64,000 nt of DNA. It comes from Thermoanaerobaculia bacterium (lineage in GTDB: Bacteria > Acidobacteriota > Thermoanaerobaculia > UBA5066). Shown here one piece after another: positions 18,576-29,053 of the stretch. Both the position numbers and the translations under genes were made by a program. The notes beneath the pieces were generated by a model. The model was not told the origin of the DNA, searched no databases, and saw nothing but the letters and a program-made list of their open reading frames with translations. The stretch lies in assembly GCA_044229475.1 (NCBI GenBank), contig JBGASW010000002.1, forward strand, positions 743,517 to 807,516, given 5' to 3'. The first letter of the stretch is position 1, and every line of letters begins with the position of its first letter.

Positions 18576-19228
18576 CGGCGCGCGCGGGAGAGAGGGACGG
18601 GGGCGGACGCCGCGAGCCGTTCCTCTTTCAGGACCCCGTGCCGCAGGATCTCGGCGATCTCGCGGATCACGAGGTCGCTGTCCTTGCCGAACTGCACCGG
18701 GACGCCGAAGAGGATCTCGACCGCGTAGTACTGGAGGAAGACGCGGCTCGCGAGCATGACCGCGGTCGGGACCGGCACCCCCGGCCGGATCTCGCCGGAG
18801 ACGGAGTCGCCGTGCGACACGAGGAACCGCTCGAAGCGCACGGCCATCTCGGAGTAGAACTTGCGGATGTGGTTTCCGGAGAGCTCCACGACGTCGACGT
18901 AGATGAGCGCGACGTGGCGTCTCCAGACGCGGACGCTCTCCTTGGCGGCTGCGGCCAGCTCCTCGAGGTTGTCGGGGAACGTTCCGGACGCGAGCGCCTT
19001 GTTGAACGGGAAGTCCGGGCTCTCGATCGCCTTCCAGTACTGGCCGAGGACCGTCTGGAAGATCGTCTCCTTGTCGGCGAAGTGGTGGTAGACGTTCCCC
19101 GTGGAGACTCCCGCGCGCTCCGCGATGTCGCGAATGCTCGTCCCGCGGTACCCCTGGCTCGAGAAGAGGTCCAGCGCGGCCTCGAGGATGGCCTTGCGGC
19201 TCCTCTCGGACTTCTTGTCCTGCTCCAC
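18572..19228 (-). CDS. TetR-family transcriptional regulator
   Basis: N-terminal HTH: RSRKAILEAALDLFSSQGYRGTSIRDIAERAGVSTGNVYHHFADKE. Confidence 0.9.
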   Translation of the reverse strand: MEQDKKSERSRKAILEAALDLFSSQGYRGTSIRDIAERAGVSTGNVYHHFADKETIFQTVLGQYWKAIESPDFPFNKALASGTFPDNLEELAAAAKESVRVWRRHVALIYVDVVELSGNHIRKFYSEMAVRFERFLVSHGDSVSGEIRPGVPVPTAVMLASRVFLQYYAVEILFGVPVQFGKDSDLVIREIAEILRHGVLKEERLAASAPVPLSRARR

Positions 19229-19263
19229 GCTTCGAGTCTAGACGAATGCCGCGGCGGATCCCG

Positions 19264-20574
19264 TCAGACGGCGGCGGGCGCTTCCGCGAGCATCGCCCGG
19301 AGGCGCGGGAACGCGGCCGCGATCTCGTCCATGGAGACCGCGCCCACGGACAGCCGGAACCAGCCCGTGTCGCCCTCGAAATCGAAGGCCTGGAACGGCA
19401 CGACGCCGAGGCCGGCCTCTTCGAGGAGGAGGCGCCGCACGTCGTCGTTCGTCTTCACGGGGACTCCCCTCACCGTGCGCCCGAAGAGGTCGAAGCGCAC
19501 GGAGAGGTAGATCGCCCCCTGGGGCTCGATCGCGTCGACGGGGAAGCCCTCCTTCTTCATGGACATCACGCCGTCGTACAGGGCCTCCAGCCGCTCGGCG
19601 AGCTTCTTCCGCACGCCGTCGCGATACGCGCGGACGGCCTCCGGCTGCGCGAGGAACTTCGCGACGCCGACCTGCTCAGCCTTCGGCGCCCAGGCGCCGA
19701 CGTGGCCGAGGATGTCGGACATCCGGCGGCGGATCGGCGGGGGCATGACGCCCCACCCGACGCGCATGCCGGTCGCGCAGAACGCCTTCGAGATCGCGTC
19801 GAGGAAGATGACGTACGGCGCGCTCTCGGGAACGAGCCCGACGGGCGTGTGATGCTCGGTCTTCCCGAAGACGAGGGTCCAGTAGACCTGGTCGTACACG
19901 AGGTAGAGCGGCCGCCTCCGGCCCTCCGAGTCGCGCCGGCGATTCTCCTCGACCACCATCTCCGTGAGGTCCGTCAGGGCCTGCTTCGAGATCGCCGTGC
20001 CCGTGGGGTTGAGCGGGGAGTTCAGGATCAGCAGCCGTGCGCCGGGGACGTGAGGGCGGACCTGGTCCGGCGTCGGAAAGAAGTTCGACTTCGCCTCGAC
20101 GCGGATCGGGATCCCGCGGGCGCCGGACAGGTACGCGTAGTGGTTGTTGTTCCACGACGGCACGGGATAGATCGCGCCGTCGCCCGGCTCGAGGAGCGTG
20201 CGGTAGGTGCCGTAGAGGAGCGGCCGGGCGCCGGCCGCGATCACGACGGACTCGACGGGGTACGAGAGCCCGAGGTCGCGGGCGTAGAGCTTCACGACCT
20301 CCTCGCGCAGCGGCAGGATGCCTTCCGCAGGCGGGTAGTTCGTCTGGCCCGTCTCGAGGGCGTCCTTCGTTGCGGCGAGGAGCCCGTCCGGGATGGGGAA
20401 CTGGCGCGAGTCGAAGTCGCCGATCGTGAGGTTGCAGACCGGGCGGCCCGTGGCCTGGAGCGCGCGGATCTCGCCCGCGATGCGGAGGATCTCGGAGCCG
20501 ACGACGCCGCGGGCGAGAGGGGAGAGGCCCGCGTCGGCCTTTTCCGGCGTCTGAAAGAAGGAGGTGACGTCCAT
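19264..20574 (-). CDS. PLP-dependent aminotransferase (class I/II, aspartate aminotransferase-like)
   Basis: 436 aa. SPLNPTGT motif and lysine region FLDAISKAF. Confidence 0.85.
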   Translation of the reverse strand: MDVTSFFQTPEKADAGLSPLARGVVGSEILRIAGEIRALQATGRPVCNLTIGDFDSRQFPIPDGLLAATKDALETGQTNYPPAEGILPLREEVVKLYARDLGLSYPVESVVIAAGARPLLYGTYRTLLEPGDGAIYPVPSWNNNHYAYLSGARGIPIRVEAKSNFFPTPDQVRPHVPGARLLILNSPLNPTGTAISKQALTDLTEMVVEENRRRDSEGRRRPLYLVYDQVYWTLVFGKTEHHTPVGLVPESAPYVIFLDAISKAFCATGMRVGWGVMPPPIRRRMSDILGHVGAWAPKAEQVGVAKFLAQPEAVRAYRDGVRKKLAERLEALYDGVMSMKKEGFPVDAIEPQGAIYLSVRFDLFGRTVRGVPVKTNDDVRRLLLEEAGLGVVPFQAFDFEGDTGWFRLSVGAVSMDEIAAAFPRLRAMLAEAPAAV

Positions 20575-20663
20575 CGCGTCGAGTGTATGCGATTGCGCGC
20601 CGGTGCCGCTTCGCCCTGTAAAGCACTTGACGGTCCGCGGAGACCGCGCGCAGACTCCTGGCC

Positions 20664-21251
20664 ATGGCGGCGGAAGAGACCCCGACCCTCGGCGGCCGCG
20701 CGGAGGAGGACCTCCGCTTCATCCGCGACGCGATGGGCCGGGCCGCGGCGTTCACGTGCGTCCCCGGGAAGGGCGGCGTCGCCATGGGCGCCGTCGGCGT
20801 CGCCGCCGCGGCCTGGGCGGCCCGGGCGTCGTCGACGCGTGAGTGGCTCGCGATCTGGACCGGCGCCGCCGTCCTCGCGTTCGGGATCGGAGCGTTCGGC
20901 CTCCTTCGCAAGGCCGCGCGATTCGACCATCGGCCTTCGGTCTCGGCCGCCCGTCGCTTCGTGCTCGCGCTCCTGCCGCCCCTCGTCGCGGGCGCCGCCC
21001 TCACGGCCGCGCTCGCGTCCTCGGCCGCCGTCGCCTTCCTTCCGGGGATCTGGCTGCTTCTCTACGGGTGCGCCGTCGTCGCCGCGGGACTTCTCTCGGT
21101 GCCGGTCGTTCCTCTCTTCGGAGGAGCGCTGCTCGCCCTCGGCCTCCTGGCCCTCGTCTTCCCCGCCCACGGCGACCTCCTCCTCGGGAGCGGTTTCGGC
21201 CTGGGCCACGTTGTCTGCGGCGTCATCGTCGCGCGGAGGCACGGTGGGTAG
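20664..21251 (+). CDS. Hypothetical multi-pass membrane protein
   Basis: High GC3. Four or more hydrophobic helices. Divergent from the aminotransferase. Confidence 0.5.
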   Translation: MAAEETPTLGGRAEEDLRFIRDAMGRAAAFTCVPGKGGVAMGAVGVAAAAWAARASSTREWLAIWTGAAVLAFGIGAFGLLRKAARFDHRPSVSAARRFVLALLPPLVAGAALTAALASSAAVAFLPGIWLLLYGCAVVAAGLLSVPVVPLFGGALLALGLLALVFPAHGDLLLGSGFGLGHVVCGVIVARRHGG

Positions 21252-21318
21252 CGCCGCGCGCCCGCGGGCGGCGGGGAAGGAGCGGCCGAGGAAGGCGGCG
21301 CCGGCGTCCTCCGAGGCG

Positions 21319-21606
21319 ATGCGCCTCGACCGCGTGATCCACGAGCGCCTGCGCCTCGGAATCGTGAGCGCGCTCGCGGGTGCGCCGTCCCTCACATTCA
21401 ACGAGCTGAAGGGAATCCTCGGAGCGACCGACGGCAACCTGTCGGTCCACGCGCGCCGGCTCGAGGAGGCGGGTTACGTCTGCTGCACGAAGGGCTACGA
21501 CGGCCGCGTGCCGAAGACCGAATTCCGCCTCACCGAGGAGGGACGCCGCGCGCTGCGCCGCTACCTCGACCATCTCCAAGCCCTGATCGAGGCGACGAAG
21601 CGCTGA
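21319..21606 (+). CDS. Small winged-helix DNA-binding transcriptional regulator
   Basis: MRLDRVIHERLRLGIVSALAG...FNELKGILGATDGNLSVHARRLEEAGYVCCTKGYDGRVPKTEFRLTEEGRRAL is wHTH-like. An in-frame GTG at 21244 is an alternative start. Confidence 0.65.
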   Translation: MRLDRVIHERLRLGIVSALAGAPSLTFNELKGILGATDGNLSVHARRLEEAGYVCCTKGYDGRVPKTEFRLTEEGRRALRRYLDHLQALIEATKR

Positions 21607-21639
21607 GGCCGCGCCTCATCCTGCTAATCTCCGCGGCCT

Positions 21640-23421
21640 ATGCGCTGGTCCCAGTCGTTTCTCGTGACCCTCCGGGAGGTCCCCGGCGACGCCGAGGTGG
21701 TCTCCCATCAGCTCCTCTACCGCGCGGGCTTCATCCAGAAGCTCGCCGCCGGCATCTACTCGTACACGCCGTTCGGCTTTCGCTCGCTCAGGAAGATGAT
21801 CGAGATCGTGCGCGAGGAGATGGACGCCACGGGCGCCCAGGAAGTGGACCTCCCGATCCTCCAGCCGAAGGAGCTGTGGGTCGAGTCGGGCCGCTGGGAC
21901 CGCTACCAGGCCGAGGGAATCCTCTTCCACCTCAAGGACCGCAAGGACGGCGAGTTCGCGCTCGCGCCGACCGCCGAGGAGGCCGTGACGGACATGGTCC
22001 GGCGCTCCGTGACGTCCTGGCGGCAGCTCCCGTTCAACCTGTACCAGATCCGCACGAAGTTCCGCGACGAGATCCGGCCGCGCTTCGGCCTCCTGCGCGG
22101 CCGCGAGTTCCTCATGAAGGACGCGTATTCCTTCGACCTCGACCAGAAGGGCCTCGACGCGCACTACGAGAAGATGGACGCGGCGTACCGGAAGATCTTC
22201 GACCGCTGCGGCCTCGAGTTCGCGGTCGTGCAGGCGGACTCGGGCGCGATCGGCGGCTCGGCTTCGGAAGAGTTCATGGTCGTCGCCGACACCGGCGAGG
22301 ACGCGCTCGTGTTCGCGGAAGCCGGCGATTACGGCGCGAACATCGAGAAGGCCGTGACAGCGCCGCTCCCCGAGCCGTGGGCGGGGGAGGACGCGAAGCC
22401 GTTCCAGAAGGCGGGCGCCACGACCCCGGGCATTACGACTACGGACGGCCAGGCCAAACATCTCGCGACCGAACCGGCGCGCATCGTGAACACGATGCTC
22501 TACGAAGCCGTTGGACCGGACGGCAAGGCACGGCTCGTCGCGGTTCTCATCCGCGGCGATCTCGCCATCAACGAGGTCAAGCTTCCCAAGGCGCTCGGCG
22601 CGCTTCACGTGAAGCTCGCTTCGGAGGAGATTCTTCGAAAGGTCACAGGGACGCGCCCCGGATTCGTCGGGCCGCTCGGTCTTCAACCATTCGAAGAAAA
22701 TCCGATCTCCCTCTTCGTCGACCGGTCCCTGGAGCACGGAGTCAACGTATGGTGCGGGGCAAACCTCGACGACCATCATCATGCTCAGGTGTCCATCAAG
22801 CGTGACGTCATGTCCGATCCGGCTTTTGCCGGCGTCGTCGAGGTCGCGACCGCCCGCGACGGCGATCCCTCGCCGGCGCCGAAGGGCGGCGCGCTGCGCA
22901 TCAAGCGCGGCATCGAGGTCGGGCACATCTTCAAGCTCGGCACGAAGTACTCCGAGGCCATGAAGTGCGAGGTCGCCGACCAGGCGCAGAAGATGGTGCC
23001 GCTCGCGATGGGCTGCTACGGGCTCGGCCTCGGCCGCACGATCGCGGCCGCCATCGAGCAGCACCACGACGAGCACGGCATCGTGTGGCCCGTCCCGCTC
23101 GCGCCGTACGCGTGCGTCGTCGCGGCCCTCCAGCGCGACGCCGACGTCCTCGCCGCCGCCGACAAGCTCTACGGGGACCTGAAGGCCGCCGGCGTCGAGG
23201 TGTTTTACGACGACCGCGACGAGCGGCCGGGCGTGAAGTTCAAGGACATCGACCTCATCGGCTTCCCCGTGCGGGTCGTCGTCGGCGGGAAGTCGCTCGC
23301 GAAGGGCGTCGTCGAGGTCTCGACGCGGCGCGAGAAGCAGGCGCAGGGGATCGCCCTCGCGGACGTCGTCGGCGTCGTGAAGAAGACGCTCGCCGCGGGC
23401 GCGAAGACTCTGGCCGTGTAG
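21640..23421 (+). CDS. proS: Proline--tRNA ligase (bacterial type with editing domain)
   Basis: 593 aa. Class II aaRS motifs (FRDEIRPRFGLLRGREFLMKDAYSF; GIEVGHIFKLGTKYSE; MGCYGLGLGR). C-terminal anticodon-binding domain. Confidence 0.95.
   Translation: MRWSQSFLVTLREVPGDAEVVSHQLLYRAGFIQKLAAGIYSYTPFGFRSLRKMIEIVREEMDATGAQEVDLPILQPKELWVESGRWDRYQAEGILFHLKDRKDGEFALAPTAEEAVTDMVRRSVTSWRQLPFNLYQIRTKFRDEIRPRFGLLRGREFLMKDAYSFDLDQKGLDAHYEKMDAAYRKIFDRCGLEFAVVQADSGAIGGSASEEFMVVADTGEDALVFAEAGDYGANIEKAVTAPLPEPWAGEDAKPFQKAGATTPGITTTDGQAKHLATEPARIVNTMLYEAVGPDGKARLVAVLIRGDLAINEVKLPKALGALHVKLASEEILRKVTGTRPGFVGPLGLQPFEENPISLFVDRSLEHGVNVWCGANLDDHHHAQVSIKRDVMSDPAFAGVVEVATARDGDPSPAPKGGALRIKRGIEVGHIFKLGTKYSEAMKCEVADQAQKMVPLAMGCYGLGLGRTIAAAIEQHHDEHGIVWPVPLAPYACVVAALQRDADVLAAADKLYGDLKAAGVEVFYDDRDERPGVKFKDIDLIGFPVRVVVGGKSLAKGVVEVSTRREKQAQGIALADVVGVVKKTLAAGAKTLAV
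22627..22702. repeat. Convergent motif pair inside proS (GAGATTCTTCGAAAGGTC 22627-22644; CCATTCGAAGAAAATC 22687-22702)
   Basis: Encodes EEILRKVTG and QPFEENPIS. The intervening sequence is native-looking ProS (GPGxxGPL). Confidence 0.65.
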
Positions 23422-23437
23422 GAGCGCGGGCACCGCC

Positions 23438-24259
23438 GTGGCGCTGGACGAAACCCGCCTTACCGAGCACGTTTCGGTCTTCACGCACGGCGGCGAGACG
23501 CTCGCCGAGAGCTACGGCTCGAACGCGACGGTTTTCTTCGGGAAGGGCGCGGTCGTCGTCGTGGACCCGTTCGTCGCGCCCCGGCAGGCGGCGGCGCTCG
23601 GCGCGCGGATCGCGGACCGCACGCCCGACCCGGTCACGCACGTCATTCTCACGCACCACCACACGGACCACGCGCTCGGGGCGTCTTTCTTCGCGGCGCT
23701 CGGCGCGGACGTGATCGCGCACGAAGCCGCCGCGCGGCGCATGGCCGCCGAGCACGCCGGGCTGATCGCCGCGAGGCGCCGCGACCCGTCGCTCGCCGGC
23801 CTCTTCGACGGCGCCGAACCGCACGCGCCGAGGCGCCTGGTCCGGGACTCGCTCGCATTCGAGGCCGGGGGAATCCGGTTCGACGTCTTCCACCCGGGCC
23901 ACGCCCATACGCCCGGCGACCTCTGCGTGTACGTGCCGGCGCTCGGAGTCCTCGTGTCGGGCGACCTCGTGTCGACCGCGTACCACCCGAACCTGGAGGA
24001 TGCGGACGTCGCCCGCTGGCGCGCGGCTCTCGTCGGGCTCCGCGGGATTCCGTTCTGGTCGCTCGTCCCGGGCCACGGACCCTCCGGCGGGCGCGAAGCG
24101 GTCGAGGACCAGATCGCGTACTTCGACACGGCCGAGCGGACCGTCAGGGAGGCGGCGGCGTTCGGGCTGGACCCCGTCGCCGCCCTCAAGGCCGCCTTCC
24201 CCGAGCGGCTGCTCGCCGTCGTCCTCCCGGACACCGTCCGTCGCCTCGCGGCGGCCTGA
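23438..24259 (+). CDS. MBL-fold metallo-hydrolase
   Basis: GTG start. HxHxDH motif ILTHHHTDHALG. Downstream His/Asp ligands. Confidence 0.85.
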   Translation: MALDETRLTEHVSVFTHGGETLAESYGSNATVFFGKGAVVVVDPFVAPRQAAALGARIADRTPDPVTHVILTHHHTDHALGASFFAALGADVIAHEAAARRMAAEHAGLIAARRRDPSLAGLFDGAEPHAPRRLVRDSLAFEAGGIRFDVFHPGHAHTPGDLCVYVPALGVLVSGDLVSTAYHPNLEDADVARWRAALVGLRGIPFWSLVPGHGPSGGREAVEDQIAYFDTAERTVREAAAFGLDPVAALKAAFPERLLAVVLPDTVRRLAAA

Positions 24260-24262
24260 GCG

Positions 24263-26426
24263 TCAGCGGTAGGGCACGTCCATCGCGACGTACGCCCCGT
24301 CGCCGGTGCGTTCGCCCGGGTTCCCGCCGTCGTTCACGACGAGGTACGACGTGAATCTGTTCACCCCCCCCGTGCGCGTGACCTTCACGTAGCCGCTCGA
24401 GATCCCCGGCGCAAACGCCGCGAGGAACCCGTTGATCTGGACGAATCCGCCGGCCGCGATTCCCGCGAGGCGCGGGTCGTCCACGGTGGCCGCGAGGGCG
24501 CCCGTCGTCCCGTCGTAGACGTCGAGATGGAGCGTGATCGGCGCGGCGTCGAGGTCGCCGAGGTTCACGAACGCGAGGTTCGACCGGTTCGTCGCGTCCT
24601 GCCGCGCCGCGTAGATCCACGTCGCGTAGGGAGCGCCTTCCGCGGCGCGCACGGACGGGTACGCGACGCCGAACTTGCCCTGCCCCGCAACCGCGGACGA
24701 CGTGCGCGCGACGACGACGAGATCCTGCACGTTCATCGACGCGTCGAGCTCGTTCAGCGTGACGACGGCGACGCCGAGAGGGTTCGCGAGGGAGCCGCCG
24801 AACGAGGAGGCGCGGCAGAAGGCGATGAAGTCCTGGAAGTAGACCTCGCCCTTCGCCGGCACGGCGAAGCCGATCCCCGCGGGAATCGGGCAGGACGGGC
24901 AGAGGAGGGACGCGACGATGTTCCGCGTGACGTCCCCGACGTTGTAGATCGTGAGCTCCGTCCGGTAGGTGCCTGCCTCGACGACGGACGGGATCGTGAC
25001 CGTCGAGCGGGTCGCGGTGGCGGGGTCGACGGGCAGGACGAAGGAGCCGTCGCTGTTGACCTGGTCGTTCTGGACGGCGTACGCGTAGAAACGCGCGGTC
25101 CCGCCGACGACTTCGACCTTGGCCCCGCCGGAGTAGTTCTCCGGCAACCCCATCTCGGCGGAGGAGAACTGGCGGAAGCCGCCGGGAGGCAGCGTGACGT
25201 CGGGCAGGATCCCGAACGTCCCGCCGGTCGTGTTGTAGAGCGTCACCCGGAGCGTGACGTTCCCGTCCGCCGGCGCGCCGGCATTCTGGAGCGCGAGATT
25301 CGTCCTGACGCCCGAGGTGCTGAAGGCGAGGGAGGGGAGATAGACGGTTCCCGTGAACGTCCTCTCGACCGGCACGCCCGCGTAGGAAAGGCCGGCGCGG
25401 CCCACCGGGTTCGTCGTGTCCGTGGCCGTGCGCACCGTGACGGCGGCCGCGTCGTTCGAGGAGAGCCCGGTGAACGTGACGCGGAGCGTCCCGAGGCGCG
25501 TACCCGTCGCGTCGATCGGAAGGCCCTGGAGGCCGAGAAACGCGATCGCGTCCGCCTCGACGCGCTGGCGGCCGGGGGCGAGCGTGAAGGCCGCGGCCGT
25601 CCCGGAGCCGCCTCCGGAACTCGCCGTGTACTGCATCGTGACGGTCGCGGTCGTCGTCCCGCGGTTCGTGAACGTGATCTCGGACGAATACTGGTTCTTG
25701 AGGACGACGGGGACGAAGAGAGTCCGCGTGCCCGTGTTCGTCGTGCCGAAGGCCGTCGCGCCGACGCCGGTCAGGTTCGCCGCGCCCGTGCCGTCGGTCG
25801 CGTCGCCGTCGAAGTGCCAGACGTCGAGGAGCCCCGTCGCACTCGACGCGACGGGCGCCCACATCGTGCTCTTGATCTCGTTCGCGGTCCGGGCCACGTT
25901 CCAGATCCGCACCTCGTCCACGAGGACGGGCGACTGGAAGTTCCAGTTCGCGTCGCTCCCGATCCGGAGCGGGTTCGTGCTGGGCGTCGGGGCGCCGCCG
26001 TCGGCCTGCGAGCCGGCGAGGACGCCGTTCAGGTAGTGTCGGCGCGTCGCGCCGTCGGTCGTGACGGCGATGTGAGTCCACGTCCCCACGGGGATCTGAC
26101 CGGACGTGAACGCACTGGCGGTGCCGCGCGTGTACGAACGCAGAGTGGGCGGCGTCCCCTCCGAGCAGATCCCGATCCAGTAGGACGTGACGTAGCCCTT
26201 GCCGATGAGGCTTCCGCAGTCGGAGGCCGACGGCGTCGCCGTCAGCTTCACCCACGCCTCCCAGGTCCCGGCCGACGCGGGCTGGCCGGACCCGGCGGAC
26301 GGGGCCTGGAAGTACATGCCGCCGTTGCGCGTGAACGTGGCGAAGCCGTCGAACGGCTGGGAGGCCGCAGGCGCGACAACCGCGAGCAGGGTGGTCAGGA
26401 CCGCTCCGAAAAAAGCTCTCTTCATG
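24263..26426 (-). CDS. Secreted LamG/concanavalin-A-like lectin domain protein with long Thr/Gly-rich beta-rich C-terminal region
   Basis: ATG rc 26424-26426 with GGAGG RBS. Signal peptide [22 protein letters not shown]. LamG-like segment WEAWVKLT...HIAVTTDG...LRIGSD...[11 protein letters not shown]. Remainder of minus ORF 24263..28717 is shadow. Confidence 0.8.
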
Positions 26427-26545
26427 GAGCCTCCGTTGAGACATTGTCTCACCCTTTTGGGGCCCTGATGCGCCCGCATCATCGGGAGGCGCGGAATGCC
26501 GGGACTAAGATTCATCGCCCGGTTCAGGAAGAAAGGAAGACACGC

Positions 26546-28801
26546 GTGAGCTTCACCAAACAGGACGCCCTCGACTACCACTCGACGGGCCGCAAGGGAA
26601 AGCTGGAAGTCGTCCCCTCCAAACCCTGCGCAACCGCCCGCGACCTTTCGCTCGCCTACACGCCCGGCGTCGCCGAGCCGTGTCTCGAAATTGCCCGGGA
26701 CCCCGAGCTCGTCTACGAGTACACCGGCAAGGGGAATCTCGTGGCCGTCATCTCGAACGGCACCGCCGTCCTCGGTCTCGGCGACATCGGCGCGGCCGCC
26801 GGCAAGCCGGTCATGGAAGGCAAGGGAGTCCTGTTCAAGAGGTTCGCGGACGTCGACGTGTTCGACATCGAGGTCGCCGAACACGACCCCGACAAGCTCA
26901 TCGAGTGCGTCGCCCGCCTCGAGCCCACGTTCGGGGGCATCAACCTCGAGGACATCAAGGCGCCCGAGTGCTTCTACATCGAGGAGCAGCTCAAGAAGCG
27001 CATGGGGATCCCGGTCTTCCACGACGACCAGCACGGGACCGCGATCATCTCGGCCGCGGCGTTCCTGAACGCGCTCGAGATCGCGGGCAAGAAGATCGAG
27101 GACGTGAAGGTCGTGTTCGCGGGCGCGGGCGCGGCCGCCGTCGCCTGCGCGAACCTCTACATCACGTACGGCGTGAAGCTCGAGAACATCCTCATGGTCG
27201 ACCGCACCGGCGTCATCTGGAAGGGCCGGACGGAGAACATGAACGAGTACAAGGAGCGATTCGCGCGCGACACGAAGAAGCGCACGGTCGCCGAGGCCCT
27301 CGAGGGAGCGGACGCGTTCATCGGCGTTTCGGCCGCGAAGCTCATCAACGGCGACATGATCAAGAAGATGGCGAAGGACCCGATCGTCTTCGCCATGGCG
27401 AACCCGGTGCCCGAGATCCTCCCGGAGGAGGCAAAGGCCGCGCGGCCCGACGTGATCATGGCGACCGGCCGCTCCGACTACCCGAACCAGGTCAACAACG
27501 TGCTCGGCTTCCCGTTCATCTTCCGCGGCGCCCTCGACTGCCGCGCCACGCAGATCAACGAGGCGATGAAGCTCGCCGCCTCCAAGGCCCTCGCGAACCT
27601 CGCGAAGGAGGACGTCCCGGACTCCGTCGCCCGCGCGTACGGCGTGGACGGCTTCAGGTTCGGCCGGGAGTACCTGATCCCCAAGCCCTTCGACTGGCGC
27701 GTGCTCCTGCACGTTCCGCCGGCCGTCGCGCAGGCCGCCGCCGACACCGGCGTCGCCAAGAAGCCGATCAAGGACATGGAGGCGTACAAGCGGAAGCTCG
27801 AGGGCATGCTCTCGCGCTCGCGCTCGTTCATGCAGGTCATCCACGGCAAGGCCAAGGGCGATCCGAAGCGCGTCGTCCTCGCCGAGGGCGACCACCCGAA
27901 GATCCAGCGTGCGGCCAAGATGCTCGCCGAGGAGGGGCTCGCAAAGCCGATCCTCCTCTCGCGCGGGAAGAAGGCCGAGGCGGCCCTCAAGGCCATGGAC
28001 GTCAAGGTGCCGATCGAGGTCATCGACCCGGAGACGCACCCGAACTACGCGAAGTACGTCAAGGCCTTCCACGAAAAGCGCCGGCGCAGCGGCGTGACCC
28101 TCGAGGACGCCGAGCACACGCTGCGGTCGCGGAACTACTTCGCCGGGATGATGGTCGACCAGGGCGACGCGGACGTCACTCTCTCGGGCCTCACGGCGTC
28201 GTATCCGGACACGATCAAGCCGGCCCTCCAGACGATCGGCGTCGCGGCGGGCGTCAAGAAGGTCTCGGGCCTCTACGTCCTCATCCTCCAGGATCGCACG
28301 TTCTTCTTCGCGGACACGACCGTGAACATCGATCCCACGGCCGAGGACCTCGCCGAGATCGCGCTCCTCTCGGCCGACACGGCGAAGCTGTTCGGGATCC
28401 TGCCGCGCGTCGCCATGATCGCGTTCTCGAACTTCGGCTCGACGGTGCACCCGGAGACGAACAAGGTGCGCGAGGCGGTCAAGCTCGTCAAGCAGCGCCG
28501 CCCGGATCTCGAGTGCGACGGCGAGATGCAGGCGGACACGGCCGTCCTTCCGGAGTTCCTCAAGGAGCACTACCCCTGGACGGACCTCAAGGGCCCGGCA
28601 AACGTCCTCGTCTTCCCCGAGCTCCAGAGCGCGAACGCGGCCTACAAGCTGGTCTGGCGCCTCGCGAAGGCCGACGCCATCGGGCCGATCCTCATGGGGA
28701 TGAGCAAGCCCGCGCACGTCCTCCAGCGGGGCGTCGAGGTCGCCGACATCGTGAACATGGCGGCCTTCGGCGTCGTGGACGCCCAGGCGCGCAAGAAGTA
28801 G
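26546..28801 (+). CDS. maeB: NADP-dependent malic enzyme (malic enzyme domain fused to phosphotransacetylase-like domain)
   Basis: GTG 26546 after GAAAGGAAG. Malic enzyme motifs ([29 protein letters not shown]) and a C-terminal PTA-like domain. 3' part of ORF 24527..28801. Confidence 0.9.
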   Translation: MSFTKQDALDYHSTGRKGKLEVVPSKPCATARDLSLAYTPGVAEPCLEIARDPELVYEYTGKGNLVAVISNGTAVLGLGDIGAAAGKPVMEGKGVLFKRFADVDVFDIEVAEHDPDKLIECVARLEPTFGGINLEDIKAPECFYIEEQLKKRMGIPVFHDDQHGTAIISAAAFLNALEIAGKKIEDVKVVFAGAGAAAVACANLYITYGVKLENILMVDRTGVIWKGRTENMNEYKERFARDTKKRTVAEALEGADAFIGVSAAKLINGDMIKKMAKDPIVFAMANPVPEILPEEAKAARPDVIMATGRSDYPNQVNNVLGFPFIFRGALDCRATQINEAMKLAASKALANLAKEDVPDSVARAYGVDGFRFGREYLIPKPFDWRVLLHVPPAVAQAAADTGVAKKPIKDMEAYKRKLEGMLSRSRSFMQVIHGKAKGDPKRVVLAEGDHPKIQRAAKMLAEEGLAKPILLSRGKKAEAALKAMDVKVPIEVIDPETHPNYAKYVKAFHEKRRRSGVTLEDAEHTLRSRNYFAGMMVDQGDADVTLSGLTASYPDTIKPALQTIGVAAGVKKVSGLYVLILQDRTFFFADTTVNIDPTAEDLAEIALLSADTAKLFGILPRVAMIAFSNFGSTVHPETNKVREAVKLVKQRRPDLECDGEMQADTAVLPEFLKEHYPWTDLKGPANVLVFPELQSANAAYKLVWRLAKADAIGPILMGMSKPAHVLQRGVEVADIVNMAAFGVVDAQARKK

Positions 28802-28808
28802 CTCCCGG

Positions 28809-28848
28809 CCACGCGGCCCGCCCGTCCGTTACGATGCGGGCCGCGTGG
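28809..28848 (+). terminator. Perfect 13-bp GC-rich inverted repeat (CCACGCGGCCCGC ... GCGGGCCGCGTGG, 14-nt loop) just after maeB stop. Putative terminator hairpin
   Basis: Arms are exact reverse complements. No U-tract. Confidence 0.5.
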
Positions 28849-28941
28849 ACATCCTCACGACCGGCTGCGGGCTCCTCGCCGCGTACTCGGCGATCCCGGC
28901 CCTCGACGCATTCCTCCGCTGGCGGCGCCTGATGGCGCCGC

Positions 28942-28953
28942 GGGGGGGGGGGG
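28942..28953. repeat. Homopolymeric G12 tract in the intergenic region upstream of the EPS glycosyltransferase operon
   Basis: Twelve consecutive G about 155 bp upstream of GT2 start 29108. Confidence 0.6.
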
Positions 28954-29053
28954 CGCGCGGCCGGAGGGCCGCGCGCCCGGGAAGCTCCTCATCGTCGTTC
29001 CCTCGCGGGCCGAGGGCGCGAGAGTCGGCGATCTTCCGGGCGATGTTCGAAGA

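Noticed and set aside
21616-23484. 622-aa minus-strand ORF
   Set aside because: Antisense to proS, which has unambiguous class II synthetase motifs
24527-26545. Upstream two-thirds of plus ORF 24527..28801
   Set aside because: Antisense to the LamG secreted-protein gene. maeB begins at GTG 26546 with an RBS
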